Source of the DNA: the human T2T-CHM13v2.0 reference genome, Homo sapiens
Assembly: GCF_009914755.1 (NCBI RefSeq)
Contig: NC_060936.1
DNA length: 64,000 nucleotides
Direction: 5' to 3' (one strand)
Numbering within the stretch: position 1 is the first letter of the stretch; each line of letters begins with the position of its first letter. A model generated the notes under the pieces. It was not told the origin of the DNA. It worked only from the letters and a program-made list of their open reading frames with translations, and ran no database searches. A program made the translations under genes and the position numbers. Shown one piece after another: positions 31,235 to 47,066 of the stretch.

Positions 31235-33598
31235 GCATCCCTGTCCCCTGCGTTCAATAAAAAAACATAGACACAGAGAAAAGCCCAGAGGAGAGTGAAA
31301 GGATGTCAGGGTGTTCTATTTGCCAAGGGGCCATCCTATACATCTAGAAAAGTAGGCACATTGGGAGGCAGCAATGCACCCTGATGGCCTCTATCAGAGA
31401 CACAGTGCCAGACATGGTTGGCCCAGGGTTCTGCCCAGAGCAGCAGCTTTCATATTTTTTGTTCAAAATGACCTTACCAAATGGTTGTCTGTCTCCAGTT
31501 GCACAAGATTTTGGGAAGATGATCTGCAAGACCATTTGAATCCAGACATTAAATAAACAGGACTGCACATCTGTGGGAACAGGGTATTTATCAGGTACTT
31601 TCTATAGGCCAGAGGCTTTAAGTATATTATCTTGTTTAATCCCTGCAATAAACCTATGAAGTAGATAGTTTAACCCCTCTTTGCTGATGCAGAAGCTGGC
31701 TGGAGAGCAGGAAGTTCTTTGTCCCAGTTGCACAGAGGGCAGCTGCAGGATGGTATCAAGCTCTGGCAGTGCCGGTATCTTGTCCCTCTTGCTCTACCCC
31801 ACCTTGCCGCCAGGCCAGTCCCAGAGCAGAGAAACCTTGAATAAATGGGAATGTGGACAATCAAAGGCATAAGTTTGCCCTTTTTTAGGACCCATAAACC
31901 CTTTGGAGAATTTGAATGAACTCCCCCCTTAGACAAATGCACAACACACTCAAAGTAACAGAATTTCAGGGAGACCGTGACCCTCCAGCCCACTGTGGAT
32001 CCTGGCTTATGTTCATTTGCTCTCCAGGGAAATTATTTCCTTTAGGTCCACTCAAACTCATATTTGAACCTCAGTTCCCTATGTATCTAAACTTGGGTCT
32101 TCATCACCAGGCCACGGCTGCCCTTGACCCCAATAGTGGAAATTGATGAGTAGTCCAAAACTCAGGCCTGCATCTGACACTAAAACATGATGCTAGGACC
32201 TTCTCCCTGACCAAGCATATTTTTACATGAAAAATAAATAAATAACTTCAGTTTACCTGTATACCCCATGTAGAGTCTCCAATGAGGAAAAAGAAAATTA
32301 AACCCTGGTATATAATCTTTGTGTAATAGATCAATTATAGATTTCCCTAATCTCTATAATCTAACTCTCAAAGCTTCTTTGAATAATTATATTTCCATAT
32401 TTAAATTTCATAATCCTCTAAAAGAAGGAGAAATAATTCCAAGGGAAATTGTTGATTCTTTTAATAAGGGACAAAGTAGTCAAAAGCTGGGTTAGTGCAC
32501 GTTAACTGACTTTCCTCTCAGTTAACATATGTTGGGAACCTACTGTTTGCTTAGCACATGCAAAATACTTTGATACACATGATCTCATTTCGCTCTCATA
32601 CCTCACTCCCATCCCCAGAAGTCCGATGAGGAAAACAAGGTCATTACTATCACCCCCATTTCACAGAAGAGGAAACTGAGGTCCAGAGAGATTCTATGAC
32701 CTGCCGAAAGTCAAACACAGTGAGAAGTGGCAGAGCTAAGACTGAAGCTCTGGATTCCAGTCTCCAAGTCCCATTTGCTCAGGCCTCCAAGTCCCAGTTG
32801 CTCAATATGTGAGGCAACATTTTAAAACAAAGATCTGGGTTGTTGACTTGCTGCAAATAGTGCAAATACTAAGAAAGCAATCCCGTTGAGAATATGTGAG
32901 TCATCTGTACTATTAATTAGACAACCTTCTCCCCAACATTCAGGGCCCAGGTCTCGAGTCTCCTTTGCTGTGAAGTCCCCTCTGACCATCATCCCCTTTC
33001 CCTAACTAGAGGGTCTCATTACCCTGAAAATTGGGTCACATGTTGGAGTGGGTCATGATTATATGGCACTTTTTGCAGTGAACTCTTTAAGGGGTGGTAA
33101 GTTCCTGAATTAGTCAGAGACACCAGGACCATCAGATGAGGAATTGGCCCAAGATTCATTGCCGTGGCAACAGCTACTTGACTTAGCCTCTGACTTAATG
33201 TCTTGGCAGGTGGGCAAACCAGAGGAAGTAAGGATGACTCAGTGTGTTCCTGCCTGAGCTGAACAGGAGAATGACATGGCTGTCAAGGGAGAGGCAGGAG
33301 GCTGGGCTTGGATGGTGAGCATTTCTGGGAAGGTCTTTTCTTCCCTGAAAGCTGAGGGTTCCTGAAGTACAGCACTAGGTAGTGCCCAGGAAATGGTGAA
33401 TCTGTGTCATAGCCCACAGTGTTTTCAGACTGCCCATGTCGACCCATTAGTGGATCATGATGTCACTTTTGTTGCTGCAGTCAGCATTTTTTATTACTAA
33501 GATGGAAGAGAAGTGAAAAGGAAAACAAATGAGAGTGCCTCACATGTAGTAAGGGTCACTGTTATTTTCCATTAATATTTTAATGGAAATTATGAAGA

Positions 33599-33642
33599 GT
33601 GTGTGTGTGCATGTGTGTGTGTGTGTGTGTGCACACACACAC
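33599..33642. repeat. (TG)n(CA)n alternating tract with a 22-bp palindrome
   Basis: gtgtgtgtgtgcacacacacac at 33621-33642 is its own reverse complement. Confidence 0.9.
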
Positions 33643-33799
33643 CAGGCTGTGATATAAAATATATTCTTACTCTGAGTCACAGTCAAAAATATTTGAAAAA
33701 AACAAGATTGGATTAGAGTCTTAGAAGAAAATCCATTGACTAATTTCCTGATTATGGAAACATTAAAACCTAATGGTCATCTGTATCATTCATCCATTA

Positions 33800-34104
33800 T
33801 TCTTTTTTTTTTATTTTTTTGGAGACAGAGTCTCACTGTGTCACCCAGGCTGGAGTGCAGTGACATGATCTCAGCTCACTGCAACCTCCGCCTCCCGAGT
33901 TCAAGTGATTTTCCTGCCTCAGCTTCCTGAGTAGCTGGGATTACAGGCACCCGCCACCACAGCCAGCTAATTTTTTGTATTTTTAGTAGAGACGGGGTTT
34001 CACCATGTTAACTAGGCTGGTCTTGAACTCCTGACCTCAGGTGATCCGCCCACCTCGGCCTCCCAAAGTGCTGGGATTACAGGCGTGAGACACCACACCC
34101 GGCC
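33800..34104 (-). mobile_element. AluS-like SINE
   Basis: Full Alu consensus in reverse orientation. Confidence 0.93.
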
Positions 34105-34487
34105 CTGTTATTCATTATTCATTATTTATTTATCCAAAAAGTCATCTACTAGGGTTCCCTACCCCGTTGTCTCACCCTCTGTTAGATGTGAAGGTAAAAT
34201 ATTTAGGAGAAAGTGAGTAGCTCAGTGTGTCTGGAGCCACCAATCAGGCAGTGGGGACGAGAGCAGGAGTGTGAAAGGCCCACCTTACAAAGGTGCCCAT
34301 CTTCAAAGGAGGAGCCTTTGCTGAGGCCGTGTGGTTCAGGCAGGGTGAGGAGTAGACTTTAACTTCTGGTCTTGGCATTCTGTCTCCCCTGACCTGCTAG
34401 TTGGTTTAAATTATTTAACACTTGTCTATTGACACTATTTTATTTCCAGATTATTTTGTCCATGCCAGTGTCATCTCTTCAGTTTTA

Positions 34488-36345
<1,858 letters not shown>

Positions 36346-36640
36346 ATGTCGAGCAGGGTTGGAAACACAGCAGGTGTTCAATAAGTGCTTCCACTGTGTT
36401 GACAAATACTTGTTCTTTAGGTCTCTGATAAGACATCCCTTCATTCATAAACTTCTCCCACCATAGAGCATTTAACAAATGATTTTGCAGCTATGTGTGT
36501 AACAACGTGTCTCCTTCACTTACACTGGGAGCTCACTGATCATGGGATTATGTGTGTTCTCTCCCTCACTATATCCTCAACCCCAAACGCAGCACAATGT
36601 CTGCCTTGTTCCTTGTATCCTCAGTAGGATACTTGGTAGG

Positions 36641-37404
36641 TGTATCTGTTAGTTTTCACCACAATAACGGTGAGTAACTAACATCCCCACTCTCTCAGTG
36701 GCATACCAAATAAGCATATGTCTTTATGGGCAGCTGGGGCAGCTCTAAGCTGCAGGCCGGTTCTGGATCTGCTCTGTGTGTCTCTTATGCCAGGCTAGTC
36801 AGGGCATGTTTTTCTTTTCTTTTTCCACCTTCAGATCTCCAGTTTTGCAGACAGCACATGTTTTTCTTTTTTCGTTTCTTTTCTTTTTTTCTTTTTCTTT
36901 CTTTTTTTTTTTTTGACAGTCTTGCTCTGTTGCCTAGGCTGGAGTGTGGTAGCACAATCTCGGCTCATCACAGCCTCTGCCTCTCAGATTCAAGCAATTC
37001 TCCTTCCTCAGCCTCCCCAGTAGCTGGGACTACAGGCCACCCACACCCAGCTAATTTTTATATTTTTAGTAGAGACGGTGTTTCACCATGTTGGCCAGGC
37101 TGGTCTCGAACTCCTGACCTCAGGTGATCTGCCTTCCCTGGCCTCCCAAATTGCTGGGATTATGGGCGTGAGCCACCACACCAGGCCTAGGGCATGTTTT
37201 TCTTATGACCAAGGCAGAGGCGCAAGAGAGCAAGTTCAATTTTACAAGTACTCTTCAGGCTTTTGACTCCATCGTGTTTGTTAACATAGCTTTGAACAAA
37301 GTAAATCAAGTAGTCAAACCCAAAGTCAAGAAGAAAGGAAAAGCACTCAACTTAGGGAGGTTGGGGTGGCAAAGGAAAGAGTGAATATTGCCAAATCATC
37401 TACC
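36641..37404 (-). mobile_element. Old MLT1 MaLR LTR interrupted by an Alu
   Basis: cagtggcataccaaataagcat...caggctagtcagggcatg...ggcagaggcgcaagagagcaag...aaacccaaagtcaag. Confidence 0.65.
36861..37187 (-). mobile_element. AluS-like SINE
   Basis: Alu consensus; TSD agggcatgtttttctt at 36801-16 and 37189-204. Confidence 0.92.
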
Positions 37405-38013
37405 CAAGTAAGTTCCCAGCTTCTCACTGAATGTTTATGGAATGGAAAGGAAAGAAAGAGGATAATTGGATTCCAGGGATTTCCCATGGGTATTCACCAT
37501 ACAAGTTACAAAAGCCCATGGGGACTCTTCTACATCCTGACATATAGCTCCACAGAGAAAGCCAGAAGCCTTGTCAAACAGGTAACAGCCCGACCATCCA
37601 GAGCTAGATCTGTTGAGCAAACAAAGTGAGCCCTCAGAAGCAATTTTCGGCAGAGACTATTCCCCCAGGGCACTGAGGGACCACAGCTGCCTTTGTGGGG
37701 AGAACAAAGGGAGTGACCTGACCACCAGAGTCACAAGAAGTCACATCTAGGAGTGGATAGCAACCCTTCCAGGCCCGAGGAGAGGATTCTGTTTTGTGTT
37801 CTTTGGAAATGTGTATGTACAGACGAATGCCCACATGCTTGTTAAAATCAGTAGTCAGGACTTTGAAGAGACCTTTGCAAATAGCTGGGCATCCATTTCT
37901 AAAAGGAGTCCAGAGTGTTGGTTCCTACATTGGTTTTCTTTGCAGTACCAGCTCTGGCGTGGTTTGAGGTTGTGCAAGATGTTGCACCCTTCCCTCGGTT
38001 AACTGAAAAATAA

Positions 38014-38211
<198 letters not shown>

Positions 38212-38542
38212 TAGATGTTGGTTCTCCAGCTCTCATGCCTCAAGACATATCCTGTCTGTGCCCGAAGTGACACAATGTCCTCATGCCAACCCCTCAGGGC
38301 ACTATTTTGTAATCAGCGGGGTGACACCTTTTATTGACTGCCTGCTGTGTACACTAAACAATGCCAGTGGCATGGGGAAGGTAAGAGCTCTGAAGCTGGC
38401 ACATTTCCTGGTTCCGCCATAAATGCAGGTCAGGTTCCTAAGCTTTTCTGAACCTCAGTTTCCTTTTCTGTAAACTAGAGAAAATATCAATGCCTACCCA
38501 GAGTGTAGTTGCGGTGATTCAATGAGCTCACATCCATAAAGG

Positions 38543-38832
38543 TGTCTACCTAAATAACAAACAGAGAAGGAGATTCTCTAAAACAAAATCATGTTTATCT
38601 GGGAATAGGCCTTGCCGTGAGAATGTGCATGCCAGAGTATATTCTCAGAGAAATATTACGTGTGTATTCAGGGGGCTAAAGGAGGACAATGGTCTTTAAT
38701 GGAAAAGTGAGGAGGAGGATTACAAAATTGTTTTTGAGATAATTATCGTTGGCTACAAGGATCAATAAATGACAAGGGTGGCACCAGTCCGAGTTTGGAC
38801 TGGCAGTCGCTGGTCACATGTCTTCATATAAG

Positions 38833-38867
<35 letters not shown>

Positions 38868-39036
38868 AGGTTACCATGGCCTTCGTGCAAGGCTGTGATT
38901 TTTGCAGAGGTGTTCTGTGATAGTTCTTGTTATCAGGCATTTGTGCATGGAAATCTTCCCTTCATGGCCTTTGCTGACTCTCTTCATCAGGGATTTTAAC
39001 ACAAATGATTCCATTTTAATTCTGACAGCTTTCACA
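38543..39036 (-). mobile_element. MER31-like ERV1 solo LTR inserted in a MIR, containing (TG)15
   Basis: Reverse complement begins TGTGAAAGCTGTCAGAATTAAAATGGAATC and ends TTTGTTATTTAGGTAGACA. Confidence 0.75.
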
Positions 39037-39478
39037 AGAGGGTTTGCCAAGGTGCCTGGCACATGGTAAATACTCTATAAATGGCTGGCCACTGTTGATT
39101 TCCACAATGAGATCCACTTAAAGCATATATCAGATCACATCTCTCCTCTGTTCAGAGTCCTCCACTGGCTCTGGTTCAGTGGTTCCCCATCTGACCCACA
39201 GGAAAAGCCAAAGCCCCAGAATTACTTCCATGTCCCCCCACCCCCTACCCTCCCCAGACATCCTCCTCCACCCCACCTCTGTCCCCTGCTTGTTCCTTGA
39301 GCACAAGAGGTTTACCACAGGACCTTTGCACTTACTCTTCCCTCTGCCTGAACTGTTCTTCCTCCAGGTATCCCCATGGCTCACTCCCTCACTACCTTCC
39401 CATTTCACCCAAATGTTACCTTCTCAATGAAGCTTTCTATGACCATTGTATTTAAAATCATAATACTCTGAGGACCCT

Positions 39479-39846
39479 TGTCTTAGTCAACTTGGGCCAC
39501 TATAATGAAATACCATATACAGTGTGGCTTAAAACACAGACATTTATTCCTCATGGTTCTAGGGGCTGGGAAGTCCAAGATCAAGGTGGCAGACAATTCA
39601 GTTCCTGGTGAGGTCTCTCTTCCTGGCTTGCAGATGGGTACCTTCTCCCTGTGTTCTCGCAGGGTGGTGGGGTGGGGGAAGGTATTCCTCTTCTTATAAG
39701 TCCTCTAACCCCATCATGACGATCCGCCCTCATGGACTCATCTAACCCTAATAATTTGCCAAAGGCCCTGTCTCCAAATACTGTCACATTGAGGGGGCAG
39801 GGCTTCAACATATGGATTTGGGGTGACAGACATTCAGACTATGGCA
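39479..39846 (-). mobile_element. MLT1A-type MaLR solo LTR within L2 sequence
   Basis: tgtcttagtc...ctgggaagtccaagatcaaggtggc...gacagacattcagactatggca. Confidence 0.82.
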
Positions 39847-40244
39847 ACTTTTCTCCCCTTCATTGCTTTACTTTTGTCCCCAGAAGTTATCATCCTAAGA
39901 TATACTCTATATTTTTGTTTTTTAATAATAGGTTTATTGAGATATAGTTCATATACAATTTACCTTTGTAGAGCATGCAATTCAGCAGTTTTTAGTATAT
40001 TTACCAGGGTATGCAACCATGACCATAATCAATTTTAGAACATTTTTATTATGGCAACAAGAAACCCAGTAGCCATCAGCAACTACTCCCCTCCCCTCCC
40101 ACCCACACTCTATATTTTATTTTTTTAATTGTTTCTCTCTCTCTCTCCCTACTATATAGAATATAGTAGAAACATTTTATTTGCTCACTGATGTAACCCC
40201 AGCACCAGGAATACTGCTTGGCATATAGTAGGCCCTCAGGAAAC

Positions 40245-40430
40245 ATAAAGGAAGGAAGAGAAAGAGAGAGGGGTTGGGAAATGGGAAAAGGAGGGAAGGA
40301 GGGAAGGAAGGAAGGAAGGAATGAAGGAAGGAAAGAAGGAAAGAAGGAAGGGAGGGAGGGAGGGGAAGGGAAGGGAAGGGAAGGGAAGGAGGGAGGGAAA
40401 AGAGGCAGAAAGATGCAAAGAAGGAAGGGA
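40245..40430. repeat. (GGAA/GGGA)n purine-rich tract
   Basis: Seen directly. Confidence 0.9.
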
Positions 40431-42526
40431 TAATCAAGGTTGGGGTGTCCCAAGTTTAAGTAATAATTTACCATGCTTACATACCCCCTAATTCAGGGCT
40501 GTGCTCTGTGAGTCTGACCAACCAGAGGAAAGTAATCCTGTATTTACTTATGATCCAATTGATTATCAATTTAGCTGAATATTAGTTACTGATGGAATTG
40601 AAGCATTGATCACAGAAATGCTAGATTGTGTTAAAGTGGGGGTTGGTATTGAAATTCCAGCAAATCCTGAACTATGAAAGAATTTAAGACCCAAAATGCA
40701 ACTTCCACTTCTTCCCAGAGGAGTTCCCTGTACACCCAGATAGGCACTCTCCATTAAACTTACGGCCTGCACCTCTGGAAAGGGAGTCAGTAGCTGATCC
40801 AAGCCATAGGGGGCGCTTATGGCCACTAGAGAGCTACTTTCCTGGCATCTGAATTTGGAAGTTGCGCTTCCATTCCCTTCAAACCTCTGAAGTCACAAAA
40901 TGCCTCCTGTCCCAGGGCCTCCTAGCTACTGGTCAGTCCTGGGATTCTTCTGAAACTTTTGGGAGTTACAACACCTTTGGCAATGTGGTGAAACCTGTGG
41001 ACCCTGTTTCAGAATAATATTTTTAAATGCATAATGTGCAAATGATTACAAAGGAAACTGATTACATTAAAATTCAATTATCATAATATTTTTAATCTCA
41101 ATTGTGACATAGTAGTTCTCCGGGTTTCTTTTTTTCTTTTTTAATTAGCATGTGATATAACAAGATATAGCAGCAGGTCAGATGACCCCATGATTTGGGT
41201 GTAATATGTGTGAATGCTATTTTGAGATGTCTGCGACAAGTGGAATGGGGTAAGGAAATATCTACATTTTAATACGTACTCGGGGCGTTCAGAGGCAGAA
41301 GGTCCAAGCAGCACTCTTGGAGAGACATTGCTGTAAGACGAACTGCCACACATATGGGACTTCAGTGTTTTCCAGGACATGCTCATGACCCTAGAAATGT
41401 AGGATCTGGCTACCGAATTGGGACATAGCTTTGTGGGACAACCCCAGAAGAGGCCCTCACACCATGTGGCCCACACACACTGTCCCTAAGGTCTCAAAGC
41501 TTTGTCCTGGGATGTCTCAAAGTCCTCCCCCAGCCTCCAGCACCTGGACTGGGGCCCTGCGTAATTCTGGTGCTCTCTTCGAAGAAAGGATTTGCTAAAC
41601 AAATCTGCTCTTCACCTAAGAGGCAGCCTGCAGGAGCTGCTTGCCACATAAATTGTTTTTAAGGACAATTTGCTCTGTAAATTAAATGCTGTCCTCATTG
41701 AATGTTGACTTTTGCATGTGAGTTGTTGGCACACAAATGGGTGTTGCTAATTGCGAATGGGTTTTGTACATTCATTAAGTCAGCCCCATAGAATGTGTGC
41801 ACAAGGAAGCACTTTGATAAGTCACATCGGCTGCTGAAAGGAATAAAATTGCCTTTTTTCTGATCTGACTGTAATTTAGATTGGCTTGCTTTGTGGTCTG
41901 AATCAATACAGCCTTGCTCTCTGTGTACATAGAGAGCTGTTCTTCATATTCAAAGGTTGCTCAGCCAATGTGGAAACCACTGTTTTTCCAAAAAAGGTGA
42001 GATGGAGTTTGTTCTCAGTCATTCCTGCTCTTGTTGAAACAGGGACACGTCTGGCCAGGGTCAAGAGTGGAGCCCTATTTTAGTAGCTAATAACAATAAT
42101 AACGGCAGCAGCTGATGTTTAATGAGCCAGGGAACTATGATAAGTGTTTACAGGAGTTACTTCCAATATGTTATTATTGTCCTCATTCGATGATATGGGA
42201 ATGGAAGCAAGAGGAGGTTAAACAACTTATCCAAGATCAACCACACCTGTGAATTGAATGGCTCAAAATTGAATCCAAGCTTCTCAAGGCAAAGCTTTTA
42301 TACTTAACCACTAAACTACACTCCCTCCAGGGAAGTCCAGAAGATATTTCCACTCAGACTTGAGATTCCCCACCTCTGTACCATCAGGGTGTCAGTTGGG
42401 TCTGCATTCCCTGCAAATTGCTCTGAAGATTTGCAATTTGCTCTGTAGGGTGCACTGTGGATGCTCTCCTGTAAACTAAACTGCAGGTGTGAACATTCAC
42501 AAAGGTTACCAATACCTCCCCAAATA

Positions 42527-43229
<703 letters not shown>

Positions 43230-44838
43230 TATCTAGACAGGGGACCACCTCTGCAGACTGGGACTTCTCCTGGTAACCCTTGCCTGTTTCCTCGGGGCCT
43301 CATATTAAAATCTAGAACTGTCTTGATCACCTGGAATGTCCAAAACACTTATCTTTGTCCAGTCTGTTATGGCTTGAGGTAAAAACATATCCACTATTTC
43401 TGGAGCACCTACTGTGTACCAGCTGCTTTGAATACCTTTAAGGTATTATTATTCCCATTTCACAGATAAGCAAACTGAGACTTTGGAAGGATAAATGTCT
43501 TGCCCAAGGCCACTCAGCTAGTAAGTGGCAGTCATAATTAAAATCATTTTTTTCTTTTTCCCTCTGCTGTGCTGTGTGCAAATCAGCTTTGTATTGTGAG
43601 CACCTAACACATCACCCACAACTAAGGAAATTTCCTTTGAATGTCAAATGAATAATGAATGACCTAAAGTGAACTTGTCTGAGAAACAAAAACTGAAGAA
43701 AATGCTGCAAGTGAGTAGGACTCTTAATGAAACTCAGTCAGATAATAAATTTTCTATTGAGCTGAATTTTGAACTCAGGGACGTAGAGCTGAACCTATGC
43801 CGGTTCTAAAATATTTCACGGGTAAGCTAAATCAAGAGGCCACGAAAATCGCCAAACTGACACCAGCTGGCAATTCTTTGATCCTGAGCCCTAGGAAATT
43901 TGCCAGGTGATGGACTTCACAGTTGACTTAGAGTTCGGTGGGCGGTCCAGTTCGTCTTTCCTGAACCAGTGAGTAGGGCTGGGAGAAGCAGGTCCACCCA
44001 ATCCCCACAGGGCTGTGGGGAAGCAGAGGCCCTGGCTTCTCTCCCTTTAGGACTAATTTGCTTTTGGTCCCATCCAAGTCCATATTTGTGTCCTCTGAGA
44101 CCTTGTCTTGGCTCTTCTGCCTGTCACCTCAGCCTTGCCCCCAAGCTCCCAGTTAAACCCCCAGCTGACAGTCATTAATTATAGTGTTTGCTTTCTGTTG
44201 TTTAAAGAAAAAAAAATGAGGACTTCTTCTAAAATGTCTCTTCCTGTTGTCTTTTCACACTAGAGTGTGAACTTGCTGTCCCCAGGCAATTAGGCAATCA
44301 AAACAGGACCATTAATTTACAAGTGTATAAAAAGGTTTTCTGGGTTGTCTCTCCTCAGTGTCACAAGAAGAAAACGCAAACCCACAAAAACAGCGCTTTT
44401 TGCTTGGACAAAGTTGTCTTTCCCCTTGTTTGAAATGTAAGTGGGCTCTTTTCTGAGAGTCCCCTGCCTTCAGCCCCTAGGGTATACCTGTAATCTTCTC
44501 ATGTGGTGAAGTGGCCACTGGCCTACTGATATTTCTTGAATATTCCACTCATGCCCCTACCACAAGGCCTTTGCACCTGCTGCTCCTTATGCCTGAAAAG
44601 CTCTTCCCCTAATATTCTCAAAGCTCCCTCGCTTCATTCAAGCTTCTAAAATGTCACCTCCTCAGAGATGCCCTCCATGACTGCCCCACCCACCTACCCC
44701 TCCCCACATCACTCCCTATTCCCTCTTCTGCCTTAATTTTCTTCTTGCACTTGTTACCACCTGACATGCTATATATTTGTTTATTTTCTGTCTCCCCCAC
44801 CAAGACTGTAAATCCCACCAGAGCTGTAAATCCCATAA

Positions 44839-45220
<382 letters not shown>

Positions 45221-46343
45221 TAATATTTGCTGAATGAATTAATGAATGGCAAGCTTCCAGCTGAATCCAGAGGTCAGCCTTCTTTCTCTTGTTGCATCTC
45301 TGTTCCTTCATCTCTCCTTCTCCATAAAAATCTCTCATTACCCTGTACCTAATGACCTGGATTATATGTGGTCTTTTTTCTTTTCTTGTTTCTTTCGCTT
45401 TTTCTCAAGGAGAGGAGTTTCAATCAGACGAGTTAAACAGCAGTTTATAATACTGTGGAGTGACTTGGTTTCCTCATCTGTGCTGTGTGACTTAGGGCAA
45501 GTGACTTGATCACTCTGATTTCCAGTTTTATAGTCTGTGAGAAAAGGGTGACAATACCTCCTCTCCCAGGGTTGTGGGAGGTTTGGGAAATATACTAGAG
45601 TAAGTGGTAGCTGGCCATGGATGGAAGGAAGAGTAGGAAGGCAGTGAAGGTGCTGTATCAGCATGGGTTTGGGCAGAAGGAGCCCACCATTGGAATTTGT
45701 GACTCTTTGTCCTAGGGTGGTCACACTTGGCAAGCAGGAACAGTGGTTTCTTGGGGGCTCCACAGATGATCCTGAGTCAGGTAGGTTAGAGTAGCATTTC
45801 CCCAAGGGTGGCACTGGAAATGATAGTAGGTGATGCACAAAACACCTTCTAATTTAAATTGCAATATATTTTTATGAGTACTAGGACAATATAAGTTTTC
45901 CATTTATGGCACTGATATGAAATTTTCTCTTAAAATGAATTTATATGTGTGAAATAATTAGCCAATTTAAAGAAAAACATTAAGTAAATAAATTGTATCA
46001 GCAGCACACAGATATGAGAGACATAATGATGGTGATTCCCAAATGGCTGATATTTGGGAAACATAGTTATTAGTGGATTGATTCTCAGGTAGGCTTCTAA
46101 AATCACACTCCATCTATCCAAACTCTGTTCAGTTAGTGACTATTGGATTTGTTGTTTTGGGATCATGACACTGACAAGGGAAGCAGCAGATAGCACATAT
46201 TATAGAGCAGGGTTTGAAAGGAAGCTAGTAACTTCAGGGATCCCTGTGCCAACTCCATCTCCCATGGCTAGCCCTCCTCAGAGACATCTTTGAGACCTCT
46301 GACCTTGGGACTAGGCTGCTGCTGTTGCTACTGCTGCTGCCGT

Positions 46344-47066
46344 TGGTGATGATGGTGGCAGTGATGGTGACGGTGATGGAGATGATGACGGTGGTCATGG
46401 TGATGATGATGGTGATGGTGATGATGATGATTATGGTGATAGTGATGATGATGGAGATGATGATGGTGATGGTGATAATGATGATTATGGTGATAGTGAT
46501 GATGATGGAGATGATGATGGTAGTGATGGTGATGGTGACAGAGATGATTTTGGTGATGATGATGGTGATGTCTGAGATGATGGTGGTGATGATAATGGTG
46601 ATGGTGATGATGATGATGGAGATGATGATGGTGATAGTGATGTAATGGAGGTGGTGGTGATGGTGATGATGATGGTGATGGTGATGATTATGATGGAGAT
46701 GATGGTGATGGCGATAATGACGGAGATGATGGTAGTGATGATGATGATGGTGATGATGGTGATGGTGATGATGATGATGGAGATGATGATGGTGATGGTG
46801 ATAATGATGGAGATGATGATGGTGGTCATGTTGATGATGATGGTGATGGTGATGATGATGGTGATGGTGATGATGATGATGGAGATGATGGTGATGGCGA
46901 TAATGATGGAGATGATGGTGATGATGATGGTGATGGTGATGATGTGACAGTGATGGTGATGATGATGGTGATGATGACAGAGACGATAATCATGATGATG
47001 TACATGATGGCAATGATGATGGTGATGGGGATGGTGATGAAGATGAAGATGGTGATGGTAGTGATA
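46344..47066. repeat. (GAT/GGT)n trinucleotide array, about 720 bp
   Basis: Seen directly; accounts for the poly-M/V and poly-H/I ORFs. Confidence 0.95.
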
